This document shows positions 15,141 through 27,390 of a stretch of DNA of 64,000 bases, in pieces. The position numbers and the translations under genes were made by a program. The notes below the pieces were generated by a model. It searched no databases. It was not told the origin of the DNA and saw only the letters and a list, made by a program, of their open reading frames with translations. Positions within the stretch are counted from its first letter, which is position 1. Every line of letters starts with the position of its first letter. Source of the stretch: the human T2T-CHM13v2.0 reference genome, Homo sapiens; assembly GCF_009914755.1 (NCBI RefSeq), contig NC_060933.1. One strand, given 5' to 3'.

Positions 15141-16202
15141 TAAGGTTTAGTACTCTATCACTCCCTCTTGACACTTCACCTTCTCTGCAAATCGCTTTGC
15201 AAAATAAATTTATAAATGTTAAATTTAATAAAATATCATATGCTATCACTATTTACATATGCCAGCATTATAAAAGCTTGTGTGACACTGTGACATATTC
15301 ACAAGAGCAAACTCTTATCAATAATATACTGTTAATCTACCCACATACATGGACAACTCTCAGACTACTAAATAAAGCAATAAGATTATTATTTTAAATG
15401 GTGAGGAAAACAAAGAGATTTCAAAGAAAAGCAGCAAATGTTATTAACAGGATAGAGTAATTTTTAAAAATTGTATAATATTTATATTTATAAAATTTTA
15501 CCTATTAAAGTATTAATTAATATTATCTACTCTGTCCCTCCCAAATGAACTCCTATTGAATTCCCAAGTCAAATGTCATTTTTGTAATGAAGGTATCCAA
15601 TTCAACTTTTTTGAATTTATTACTTCCTTCAGTTTTGTCACTGTCCACATTGTTGGTTAATAACACATGTCTCTTCTGCTAAATTGGAGCTCTCCGTAAG
15701 ACAGGAGACTGCAAGCTTTGATCATGAAGTAGAACTATCCCTCATGCCTAAAGAAAGAGCTATAGAAGGGTTACTTTTCACTATACCAAGGATCATGCAA
15801 CTCCATTGAGAAGCTCCTTAATAAGCCATTCCTTTTTATAATTACAAGATTTAAGCCCACCATTAAAAAGAAATTCCTCCATCAGCCTTTCTACCTTTGG
15901 GTATTTTAATGGTTATGGCCAGTGTCATCTTGGGTACCCCCTGGTGAAGTCTTTTTGTTAAATCTGTAACTATCTCATCCAAATGCCAAGGGGCACAAGT
16001 CTAAATCCTTTGCCCCTTTCAATATTCCTTACCTCACCAATTGATACCACCAACCCCCAAGTTGATTGAGTCTAAAAATTGCAGTTATCCTAGATTCCTT
16101 TGCCTTCCGTATGAACAAAACAATTCTTTCTATGTTAAAAAAAAAAAAAAGTATCTTGATGTGGACTATTTTGGACTATGATATGAATGAGAAATAAACT
16201 AA

Positions 16203-16503
16203 ATTTTTTTTTTTTTTTTTGAGGTAAGGTCTGCCTCTGTTGCCCAGGCTGGAGTACAGTGTTGTGGTCTTGGCTCACTGCTGCCACCATCCCCCCTAGG
16301 CTCAAGCCATCCTCCCACCTCAGCCTCCTGAGTAGCTGAGACTACAGGTGTGTGCCACCACACCTGGCTAATTTTAAAATTTTTTGTAGAGATGAGGTTT
16401 CGCCATGTTTCCCAGGCTGATCTCAAACTCCTGGGCTCAAGTGATCTACCCTCCTTGGCCTCCTGAAGTATTGGGATTACAGGTATGGGCCACTTTGCCC
16501 AGC
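16203..16503 (-). mobile_element. AluJ, inserted in a probable MLT1 3' fragment
   Basis: GGCTCAAGCCATCCTCCCACCTCAGCC and CTCCTGGGCTCAAGTGAT (J diagnostics); TSD GAGAAAT(A/C)AACT. Confidence 0.93.
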
Positions 16504-18374
16504 AGAGAAATCAACTTTTATTATATTAAGCTATTAAAATTTGTGATTGATTTTAGAGCAACTGACCTATCTTGATTTATATACCCTCACCAAATAATAA
16601 TCTAGTAGAATTATAATATAATGTAATAATGTCTTACCATGTTTTGCCGTTCTTTTAGTTTCAGAATATAATTACTCCACCATAGAGTGTGTGGTATTAG
16701 AACTCGTAAACTGAAGCCAAAATCACATAACAGGAAGTAAATGTCATTTTATAAAATGAGGCCAAAATTTACATGGAAAAGGAAGTCATAGAAATGTAGG
16801 ATCATAGTTTACTAGAGACTTAAAAAAAAACTCGTTAAAACAGTTATTTTTAAGCTGTTTCTCATTTTCTGAAATTGTAATAAGAATCTGTTTTATGTCT
16901 AAATCTGCTTTGTGCAGCTTTATACTGCAATATGTCAGTTCTTTCTCTGTCTTTTCCAATTCATTCAGCTATTTAAAAACTGAAAGTATACCTGATCTGC
17001 CATTTCTAGGGACTAATTGGTACTTCTGCTAATTGCATGAGGTACAATCTCAGGATAATGGCAGTCATCTTGTTTTGGGTCATGAGGCTACTGGTACTCC
17101 CAGCTCTATAACAAGTCTTTTCATTACCATATAATATCCTTTAAGTGGGTTTTTAAATTTTATCTTCAGGTATTAATTGGTGCCCCCTTGAGTCTAAGAA
17201 TTGGAAATGTCAAGAGTGACAGCAGTTATCTTGTTGATGGTTCACACTTCCTTTCACTGTTACTACTTGAATATTTGCATTATCTGATTATTTTACCTGT
17301 TATTAAATTGGCACAATACAAAACACCTGTCTCTTAGCTGTTTTTGCAGGTTGGCCCTAGAATGAGAAATGCATACAGGAAAGCCAACGTTCTAAAAGTT
17401 TAAGGAGAAAATGGAATTCCCAGAGCGTGATAGTCAGTTACCAAATTGGAGCCATATTCACAAGCTTTGGAATTTCACCTTTTGGTCATGTGTTATTTCA
17501 TATTTTAAACTATTTTAAGCTAAACTTGTCTCATATTGTAAATGTATTGATGTTGTCAACCCAAGAAAACTAATGATATTAATCATTTTCTTTTTGTATA
17601 CATTTCTGTAGTATCATATATATCATTTTTTTTCTCATGAAGAAGGTTTTTGACATGCATTTAGAAATTCAGTAATGTTCCATTTAGCAAAATTTCTCAG
17701 ATAAAACAAAATTTTGCAATTACACTAAAGAATATTATTCAATCTGACTCCAGATAATACAAATCAGAAGGAACAAAAGTGTTTCTGCCCCTTAAATTTC
17801 TCTTAATCTGTAATGTCTTACACCAGTATTATACCAAGGTTGAAAGTTGTTTTTATTTTCTTACATGTGCATATGGGGGAGTGGTTTACCGGTAAGAAAA
17901 ATATTTATTTTTGCTTACATGCTTGTTTGTGTATCTTTTTAGCAAAGGACTTTACTCTGGCATTTTTGGAAAATTATTGTTTTTAGACCCAGGGATTGCC
18001 ACTGGTTTTGGAAATTCACCTGGAGGGGCCACTTAACTACAAAGGCAAATCCATTCTGCTTGTTCCTTCAAATGGATGAGGAGAGTCATTTCTGAATGCT
18101 AATGCTGCAAACTGAGATATTAAAGGCTGTGTTTAGTCATGAAAAAGGAAGGCAACTTTGAAGACTGACCCTTACAACCTTGAGACGATTTTCTAAAAGA
18201 AGATACTTTACCTGAAATCACAATACATACCACAGCTAAGGATGTTTAAGGCAGAAGACCAAATGTTAGGGGACTGAAGTGTGACCTATTGTGATCGACT
18301 TGGGTAAGCCAAGAGAATATTCTGATCTGTACTTTTGAAGAATTCTGAGAAATAACCTACTTCAACCTTAGTGA

Positions 18375-18560
18375 ATTCTGGAGTCAGAATTCCTCAATTC
18401 CAATTCTTACTGGACCTGTTTGGTAGGTGTGTGGCCTGGGCATGCCACGTTGTAACTCTGTGTATCTCTGTTTCCACATCTGTTAAACTGTGATTATAAA
18501 TGTGATTGTCTTATTCATAATTGAATGAGTTTATAAAGCGTGTAGGAAGTGCTGTTACAA
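18375..18560 (+). mobile_element. MIR
   Basis: TCTGGAGTCAGA...TGTGTGGCCTGGGCA...TCTCTGTTTCCACATCTGTTAAACTG. Confidence 0.6.
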
Positions 18561-18949
18561 AGAAAATGTCTCAAGGAACATTAGATGTTTTTATTAGCTC
18601 TTCAGAGAGCTAGTTATGGGCACATGCTATAACTGAGGTTTTGTACCCTCTCTAGCATCCCGAGAGCTACAATGGCCATCAGCAATGCCAAACTGGCAGA
18701 GAGTGGACATAGTCTCTGCCCTATTCACTCTGCTTTAGTGCAAGCCAGGACCATAAGCAAGAGCAAAAGAAAGTTATGCCGGTTGGTAGAATGTCCAGAT
18801 TTTGCATCTCAGAATATAAGTAATAGGAAACATAGTATCACCAATTTAGGATAGAGGAAACAAAACTTCACATTCTAAGGAGTAGAACCCCATTAGAAAA
18901 TGAAAAAATAGACTTGGTCTGATTCAACAGATTCTGAAGATAGCACACT

Positions 18950-19140
18950 CCATCTCCCTTATCCTGCTTTATGTCACTGTACTGTAGTTATCACCTCCTA
19001 ACTTAATATATAATATGCTTATTTATTGAATTAACTTCATGCTTTTTCTCTTCAAACTAGAATGAAAGCTCCAGATACAGAACATTCATTTCCTCAGCAT
19101 TTATAGCAATGCCTCAGTAAATACTCGAATGAATATTAAA
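18950..19140 (+). mobile_element. L2 3' end
   Basis: ACTAGAATGAAAGCTCCA...CTCAGTAAATACTCGAATGAAT. Confidence 0.6.
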
Positions 19141-19740
19141 ATGAAAATAATAAATTTAAATGAGTAAAGATTTTTAACACAGGTCTGATGAAATGGGCTC
19201 TAATTATTTCATATAGTTAATGAAAACCTGGAGAAAGTAACTTTTTAAAGAAATATATGAAGTCTTTGTACATTATTTAAATAGGTAATTCCTATTTATG
19301 ATAAATAGGTAATTCCCATTTTCATGATTCTTTAACTTTTGATTGTTTGTTTTGCCTTAAGTAATACAAAATTAATACCTCCCATTTGAGGATTATCTAC
19401 CATATACCAAATCTAAATTAAGTACTATAAAAACATTATACTAAAATTTATTGCAAATCTATAGCAAAAGTGTTGTTATCCATATTTTAAGTTTCAAGAA
19501 ACTAAGGCTTAAATTCCATTCAACATATGTTAATACTCATATTTGATTAGCAAAACCATACTTTCAACTTCAATTTTTTGTGCTTAAAACTTTACAACTA
19601 GGTATGGACTCTAAAACTTAAAAAACAAAGAAATAAATGGCTTTCCGGTAATCTCATTAGGTTAAAGAATGCAAGATGATACAACAAGTTCTCACTTAAC
19701 AAACCTTACAATACAGTAAGTTACAACACAGTTACTCTTA

Positions 19741-19925
19741 CAGTAAGTCCTCATTTAATGATAGCTTCTTGGAAACTATGACTAAGTGAAATTACATACA
19801 GCAGGTCCTCTAATAACATTTTGTTCAACATTGCTTTGTTATCATGTTGATGAGAAAAGGAAATGGTTTCATCATAGATCATTTTACTTAACATGACAGT
19901 TTTCAAGAACCTATACATGATGTTT
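19741..19925. mobile_element. MER6B-like TcMar-Tigger MITE
   Basis: TA-CAGTAAGTCCTCATTTAA start; inverted arms TTCTTGGAAACT / AGTTTTCAAGAA; internal CAGCAGGTCCTC. Confidence 0.7.
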
Positions 19926-21142
19926 CTGTATGTAACTTAAATGAAAACTTGGTTCAACCCAATTGAGCTCTTAAAAAGAATGAATGAAGTAAAACTCTAT
20001 GTAATTAAGAAGTAAACATGTTTATATGGATTTTATTAAATTATCAGCAAAATTTTGTTTATGTTAGTCCCCAACTCCAAGTTAAAAACTAAAGTGAAAG
20101 TTAGCCGAGGCACTGTAGAATGAAAGATTTCTTCAACAGTCAGAAGTGCGTGCAATAAACATTTACTGACCACTAGAAATTGCAACCAAATAAGAAAAGA
20201 AAGCAGAGTACTATGACATGCGCAATGAGTATAATACACTATAATACAACAGAATTATTGATTATAATTATCAAATAAATGAATTGGGTTGCCAGCAGAA
20301 AGGACAATAAAATAAATGGAAGCATAGAAGCAGCTTGTAATTCAACCTGGGAAATATTTAGGGAACAGTCTCTATGTATCTGTGCCTCTAGCTGCATCCC
20401 TCTCTAATCATGAGGAGGCTAACCAGCTCAGGTTAAAAGTTTCTGCTGTTTTTAAGACCTGATTGATAGACAGAACCGATAGTATACAGCCCTGTGTTTT
20501 GGGGAGAAAGTTTAGAAAATATTCCCAGTATGTGTGAAGATTTTGTCCTAACAATGCCATGTTAAACATGTTCTTAGATGTCCAGGAGTTGATTTTATGT
20601 GTTTGTTTCCCTAGGAAAAGTATCCTGATTAATCTGTCTCTTATGCCTTAAAGTATATTCTGATATATCAGTTAAAATTTATAGGCACTCAATTGGGAAT
20701 CCCTTCAAGGTGCTTTGGGAACACAGAGTAAGGAATGGCTAATTTCTCTATTCACATGAACTAAGCAAATTATGTAATTTCTCTTGAGACTCAGTTTCCT
20801 TTAAAGTGACTATTCTAATTCACCTCACTAGGTTGAAAAAAAAAATCACATACGAAACATTCCCCAGGCACAGAGTAGCTGCCACATTTACATAGCATCT
20901 TTATTGCTATATATCTTAATAAGAATTAGGAAGAAGTGTCTAATGTACAAGATACTCTTTTGAGCAATCCTCATTTATTGTTGTCCAACGAAAAGATCAT
21001 GTTTCAAATCTTCAGCCTAGCATTCAAGCCTGTCCACAATCTGAGCCAAGCCTACTATCTCAACCTTAATTTCTCTTATCAAACAAACACACACACTATC
21101 ATGCACATTTTGGAATTCTTCCCCAAGCTGCCTTAGTTCAGA

Positions 21143-21144
<2 letters not shown>

Positions 21145-21179
<35 letters not shown>
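21145..21179. repeat. (AC)17 microsatellite
   Basis: Read directly. Confidence 0.98.
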
Positions 21180-21181
<2 letters not shown>

Positions 21182-21686
21182 CATACACAGATTTATATAT
21201 GTTAAATTTAATTATATACATAATTACATAATGCATATCTAATCATATAATACATAAGCAATTATATAATATTATATTTTTTCTGCAGAAGACAAATTTT
21301 CTATGCATACAGAATCTACTCACTCTTTTTTGGTAACTGAACCTAGCATCTCTATGGGGCCACCCTGTCTCACCATTCTTAGCACTTGTGTTTGAGGCTA
21401 GGTAGTCTACTTGCTTAGCTCAGGTATAGTACCCGTGAACTAGATCTGCCAGTTCTCTTATTCTACATCTCCTGGCTAAAATAATTAGTTTAGAGACAGG
21501 AAGAAGATCACAGTAAGAGCAGCGAGAAGCAAAGAGGGGTTTTGTTTGTTGTTGTTATCTATGGAAAATATATTCTAGCTATTTCTTCTGAAACTGAAAA
21601 GTAAAGCCTATAGTTCTGCAATCATGAGCTGAGAACCAGCTTAAACGTCACCAGTGAGATATGCTAAACTTAAAAATGGGGAGAGA

Positions 21687-21975
21687 GGCCAGGCGCGGTG
21701 GCTCAAGCCTGTAATCCCAGCACTTTGGGAGGCCGAGGCGGGTGGATCACGAGGTCAGGAGTTCAAGACCAGCCTGACCAATATGGTGAAAACCCGTCTC
21801 TACTAAAAATACAAAAATTAGCTGGGTGTGGTGGCATGCGTCTTTAGTCCCAGCTACTCGGGAGGCTGAGGCAGGAGAATCACTTGAACCCAGAAGGTGG
21901 AGGTTTCAGTGAACCGAGTTTGCGCCACTGTACTCCAGCCTAGCTGACAGAGTGAGACTCCGTCTCAAAAAAAAA
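21687..21975 (+). mobile_element. Alu (AluSg-like) within a degraded MLT1-like LTR (~21290-22170)
   Basis: Full dimer GGCCAGGCGCGGTGGCTC...GTCTCAAAA; degenerate TSD AAAAATGGGGAGAGA / AAAAATAGGAAGAGA. Confidence 0.95.
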
Positions 21976-23404
21976 TAGGAAGAGAAAAATTGAGTTTCGA
22001 TCAAAGTATTTTAAGCCCTAAATCCTGTGTCATCTGAAAAAAAAAAAAAAATCTGTTTGTTTGAATGGTTTAAGTGAGCCAACACACTTTTCTTTTCTTT
22101 TTGTTTTTCTGTTTAGGTATGCTTGGATCTGTCTTTTGGTCACTTGAAGATTCCTAACTGATGCTTCCCCCACGGTTACAAAAATCTGGAAATTTTACCT
22201 ATTTCTTTTATTCCCATAGGAGTTAACATCTATTCTGGAATATGAACTATATAAAATTAAAAGTGAACAAAAAGCACAATACAATTTATAACCACAAATA
22301 AAGAATTGTGGCAACTGTTAAAGGTGTTTAAAGCAATAATTTTATTTAGGCCAGAAAAGATAGTCAAATTTAAGCTAAAGTAACAAACTATTAAAATGCA
22401 AGCCAATGGAACTTTAAATCACCCCTCAAACATTTCAATTTTTGTAATTTTGATGTTTTATTGCTAAACAACCTGACATACTTTGTTTCTGTACTGTAGC
22501 ATTTAAAAATTTCAAAAAGATTATATTCAGTCTGGCACTATAAAATTTTCTATTTTCTGTTAACTTTTAAATGTGATCTTACTTTTATATTTGACATCTG
22601 ATTCCAGAATTCATTATCATGTCATTTGAAGAAATATTTATGTTTACTGTAGTATTTTGAACAGAATGCTGCCTTAAAAAAATACATAAGTTAGCCTATC
22701 AAGAAGACAAATTATCTGCATCTGGGTTTCTTAACCCCCGCTCCTATTAACATTCTAGCCCTACCTAACTCCTTCATTTATTCTTCTGTTTTCAAACTAG
22801 CTCTTAATTACTTCCATCCCCATTTCAGTTGTAAATGCTTCTTTACGGCCATTCTTTCATTAGAATAAATCCTCCAACCTATTTGAGGACCTGACACTTC
22901 ACTACTGATTTACAAGTGATTCAATTTTATTAATCAGATGCTTGCCCTGGCTTTGGGATATCTGTACTGTTGTTGCTGGTAGCTGTTGATGAAGGGCCCC
23001 CTTTCTTTCTCCCCATTTCTTGGAAAATATGCAGGTATTATTTCAGCATTTTATTTCAGAAAAAGACTGAAATTGGAAAGAACTAGGGAAAATAGAAAAT
23101 CTTGTAATTGTCTTGAAAAGAGTTATTATTTCACACTGTTAGTTGTGCAAGCTATAGTTGCAGTGGGGATAATGTGACCTATAAAAGATTTGTCTGAAAT
23201 TCTCCATTAGAAATTCTTTCTTCAAAGATTTAAAGCTACTATTTAATTCCCTTTTGGGGGACCAAATCATGAAACCACTGCATAATATTCTAAAAGCAAA
23301 ATTAAACAACACACAGGTAACCACATTCAACAATTACGGTGCTTGATTTTAGTGCATATTTGAATGTTTAGAAAATTTCTCTTTCAAATGTATTTAAAAC
23401 ACCC

Positions 23405-25804
23405 TGTATTTTTCTGTTCTCAAGCTGCTAATAAAGACATACCCAGTCTCAGGTATGTCTTTATTAGCAGCCTGAGAACAGACTAATAAGACTGAGTAAT
23501 TATAAAGAAAAGATGTTTAATTGACTCACAGTTCCACATGACTGGGGAGGCCTCACAATCATGGTGGAAGGCAAGGAAGAGCAAATAGCATCTTACATGG
23601 CAGTAGGCAAGAGGGTGAGTGCAGGGGAACTGCCCTTTTAGAAAACCATCAGATCTCGTGAGACTTAGTACAAGAAAAAAACCTGCCCCCGTGATTCAAT
23701 TACCTACCACAGGGTCCCTCCCACGACACATAGGGGTTATTACAATTCAAGGTGAGTTTTGGATGGGGACACAGAGCCAAACCATGTAATTCTGCCCCTG
23801 GCCCCTCTCAAATCTGGTTTCCCTTTCACATTTTAAAACACAATCATGCCTTCCCAACAGTCCCCCAAAGTCTTAACTCATTTCAGCATTAACTCAAAAG
23901 TCCACACACAGTCCAAATTCTCATCTGAGACAAGACAAGTCCCTTCCACCTATGAGCCTGTAGAAACAAAACATGTTAGTTACTTCCCAGATACAATGGG
24001 AGTACAGGCACTGAGTAAATACACCTGTTCCAAATGGGACAAATTGGGCAAAATGAAGAGACTACAGGCCCCATGCAAGTCTTAAATCCAGTGGGGCAGT
24101 CAAATCTTAAAGCCCCAAAATGATCTCCTTTGACTCCATGTCTCACATCCAAGTTACACTTGGCTCCAAAATGATCTCCTTTGACTCCATGTCTCACATC
24201 CAAGTTACGCTGAGGCAAGATGTAGGGTCCCATGGCCTTGGGTGGCTACACCCCTGTGGCTTTGCAGGGTACAGCCCCACTCCTGGCTGCATTTCACAGG
24301 ATGACATTTAGTATCTGTGGCTTTTACAGGTGCATGGTGCATGCATGTTAGATCTACCATTCTGGGGTCTGGAGGATGATGGTGGCCCTCTTCTCATAGC
24401 TCCACTAGATAGTGCCCCATTGAGGACTCTGTGTGGGGCTCCCACCCCATATTTCTCTCTTGCACTGCCCTAGCAGAGGGTCTCCATGAGGGCTCTGCTC
24501 CTGCAGCACACGTCTGCCTGGACATCCAAGTTTTCTCATACATCATCTGAAATCTAAGTGAAGGTTCCCAAACCTCAATTCTTGACTTCTGGGCACCCAC
24601 AGGCTCAACAGCACATGGAAGCTGCCAAGGCTTGGGGCTTGCACCCTCTGAAACCACAACCTGAGCTGTATGTTGGCCCCTTATAGCCACAGCTGGAGCA
24701 GCTGGGATGCAGGGCACCAATTCCCTAGGCCACACAGCAGGGGGGCTCTGGGCCCATTGAACCATGAACCATTAATTTTTTCCTCCTAGGCCTCCAGGCC
24801 TGTGATGGGAAGGGCTGTCGGGAAGGTCTTTGACATGCCCTGGAGACATTATCTCCATTGTCTTGGTGATTAACATTTGGCTCTTCATTACTTTTGCAAA
24901 TTTTTGTGGCCAGTTTGAACTTCTACCCAGAAAATGGGTTTTTCTTTTCTATTGCATTATTAGGCTGACAATTTTCCAAATTTTTATGCTCTGTCACCTC
25001 TTGAATGCTTTGCTACTTAGAAATTTCTTCTACCAGATACCCTAAATCATCTCTCTCAAGTTCAAAGTTCCACAGATCTCTAGGGCAGGGGCAAAATGGC
25101 ACCAGTCTCTTTGTAGAACAAGAGTGACCTTTACTCCAGTTCCCAAAAAGTTCCTCATCATCTAAGTCCACCTCAGCCTGGAACTTATTGTCCATATTGC
25201 TGTCGGACTTTTGGTCAAAGCCTTTCAATAATAATAAGTCTCTAGGAAGTTCCAAACTTTCCCACATCTTCCTATTTTCTGAGCCCTCCAAGTTTCTAGG
25301 AAGTTCCAAACTGTCCCACATTTTTCTATCTTCTTCTGAGCCCTCCAAACTGTTCCAACCTCTACCTGTTACCCAGTTTCAAAGTTGCTTCCACGTTTTC
25401 AAGTATCTTTACATAAGTGCCCCACTACACCTGGTACAAATTTACTGTATTAGTCTATTCTCTTGCTGCTAATAAAGACATATCTGAGACTGGGTAATTA
25501 TAAAGGAAAGAGGTTTAATTGACTCACAGTTTCACATGACTGGGGAGGCCTCACAATCACGGAGGAAGGCAAGGAAGAGCAAGTCACATCTTACATGGTG
25601 GCAGGCAAGAGGGTGTGTACAGAGCAACCGCCCTTTTATAAACCCATCAGATCCTATGAGATTTATACACTATCATGAAAACAGCACAGGGAAAAACTCA
25701 CCTGCATGATTCTATTACTCCCCACTGAGTCCCTCCCACAACACATGGGGATTATTACAATTCAAGGTGAGATTTGTGTGGGGACACAGAGCCAAACCAT
25801 ATCA
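23405..25804 (-). mobile_element. Full-structure THE1B (ERVL-MaLR): 3' LTR 23405-23789, internal 23790-25445, 5' LTR 25446-25804
   Basis: Two ~360-385 bp direct repeats starting TGTATT...GCTGCTAATAAAGACATA and ending AGCCAAACCAT(A/G)T(C/A)A; THE1-int sequence between them; TSD CACCC/CACAC (4 of 5). Confidence 0.93.
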
Positions 25805-26640
25805 CACACTAAAGATTATATATAGATACACACACATATGCGTAAACTATACATTTATGATCTATTGTACATGTATGTGACTCTATATATAAAATAGTTC
25901 ATGGCCCAGGCCACTCATTGGCTATATTTTGCCACAGTGATACAGATCCATGTACTATTTCCACATCTGTTCCAAGCTTTCCATGCCTTTTACTGAAGAC
26001 AGATTAGGCTGGATCTCCTTTGCAATGTTTGACAGTGTAAAATCAGAGAAAAGGGTGTGAAAGACTTGCATAGTTATATTTTGAGCTGAAACCAAGTTTT
26101 GTAAAACAGTTTTCACCAGACAGCCTGCACTGGGTGATGGAGGAATGGGGTGAAAGATGGGAAAGGGAATTATTAGTTTGCACTTAGTTATTATTCAATG
26201 AATTATTTCCATAAAACAAAACAAAGAAAGGGAGAGTGAATGGTAGCATTTGGGTATTAACTTCACATAAAATTTCTGAGAGAAAATAAACAAATGTTGA
26301 GTAGGGAGATTGGTGTTTTTGTGTTGGCTCCATCTAATTAATGATCACATTTTTAAAATTCACTTAAAATTTAGTTTTCTTACCTGTCAAATGGGCTTAA
26401 CATGTCTACCTAGAAAAGTTGTTGTGAAAGCTGAATGGAAGAAAGCACAGAAAGACCTACTGGTCTCTGGCACAGCAGGGTTCCTCTTCCTCTTTTCCAC
26501 ATCTTTTGATGGAGTCAAGAGCATATGGGCCAATACCCAAATTTCCTTTGTTAAGAGAGTGGAGGGATACCATACTCCTCTGAAGGAGAAAAAAAGGCAT
26601 TTTTGAGTCATGAAAGCTCAGAATTTTTTATACTTAATGA

Positions 26641-26644
<4 letters not shown>

Positions 26645-26695
<51 letters not shown>
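26645..26695. repeat. (AT)25 perfect microsatellite
   Basis: Read directly. Confidence 0.98.
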
Positions 26696-26697
<2 letters not shown>

Positions 26698-26719
26698 ATG
26701 ATTGCTATAGTTTTACCTA

Positions 26720-27390
26720 TGGTCATAAGTTGCTTAACAATGGGGATACATTCTGAGAAATGCATTCATAGGCAATTTCGACCTTGTGAGAAATGCATTC
26801 ATAGGCAATTTCATAGGCAACATCATAGAGAGCACTTACACAAACCCAGAAAGTATAGCTTACCACACACTTAGGCTGCATGACATAACCTATGGCTGTT
26901 AGGCTGCAAATGTGTAAGCATCTTACTGTGCTGAATAGTGCAGGCAATTGTAACACAAAGGTAAGTATTTGTGCATCTAAATGTAGAAAATGTACAGTGA
27001 AAATACTGTATAAAATATTATTTTGGTGAGCAGTGAGGATGGAGACAGGTCTTACTCTGTCACCCAGGCTGGAGTACAGGGGTGCAATCATGGCTCACTG
27101 CACCCTGAAGTTCCTGAGCTCAAGCTATCCTCCTGCCTCAGGCTCTGTAGTAGCTAGGAACATAGATATATACCATCACACTTGGCTAATTTTAAATTAT
27201 TTTGTAGAGACAAGGTCTTGCTATGTTGCCAGGCTGGCCTGGAACTAATGGCTTCAAGGCCTGCTTTGGCCTCCCAAAGCACTGAGACTATAGGCATGAG
27301 TCATCGTGCTTGGCCCCGTATTATTTTATAGGACCACACTAGTTTATGTGGCCCATTGTTGACTGAAATATCCTTATGTGCAAATGACTA
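26720..27390 (+). mobile_element. Tigger3a (MER7-type) MITE interrupted by AluJ
   Basis: GCTTAACAATGGGGATACATTCTGAGAAATGC...GTTGACTGAAATATCCTTATGTGCAAATGAC; TA at both ends. Confidence 0.88.
27020..27315 (-). mobile_element. AluJ nested in Tigger3a
   Basis: GAGACAGGTCTTACTCTGTCACCCAGGCTGGAG...TCCTGAGCTCAAGCTATCCTCC. Confidence 0.9.

Noticed and set aside
25236-25346. 54/57-bp tandem repeat in THE1-int
   Set aside because: Copies are diverged and I recall this duplication in other THE1 internal sequences; probably inherited, not locus-specific (unverified).
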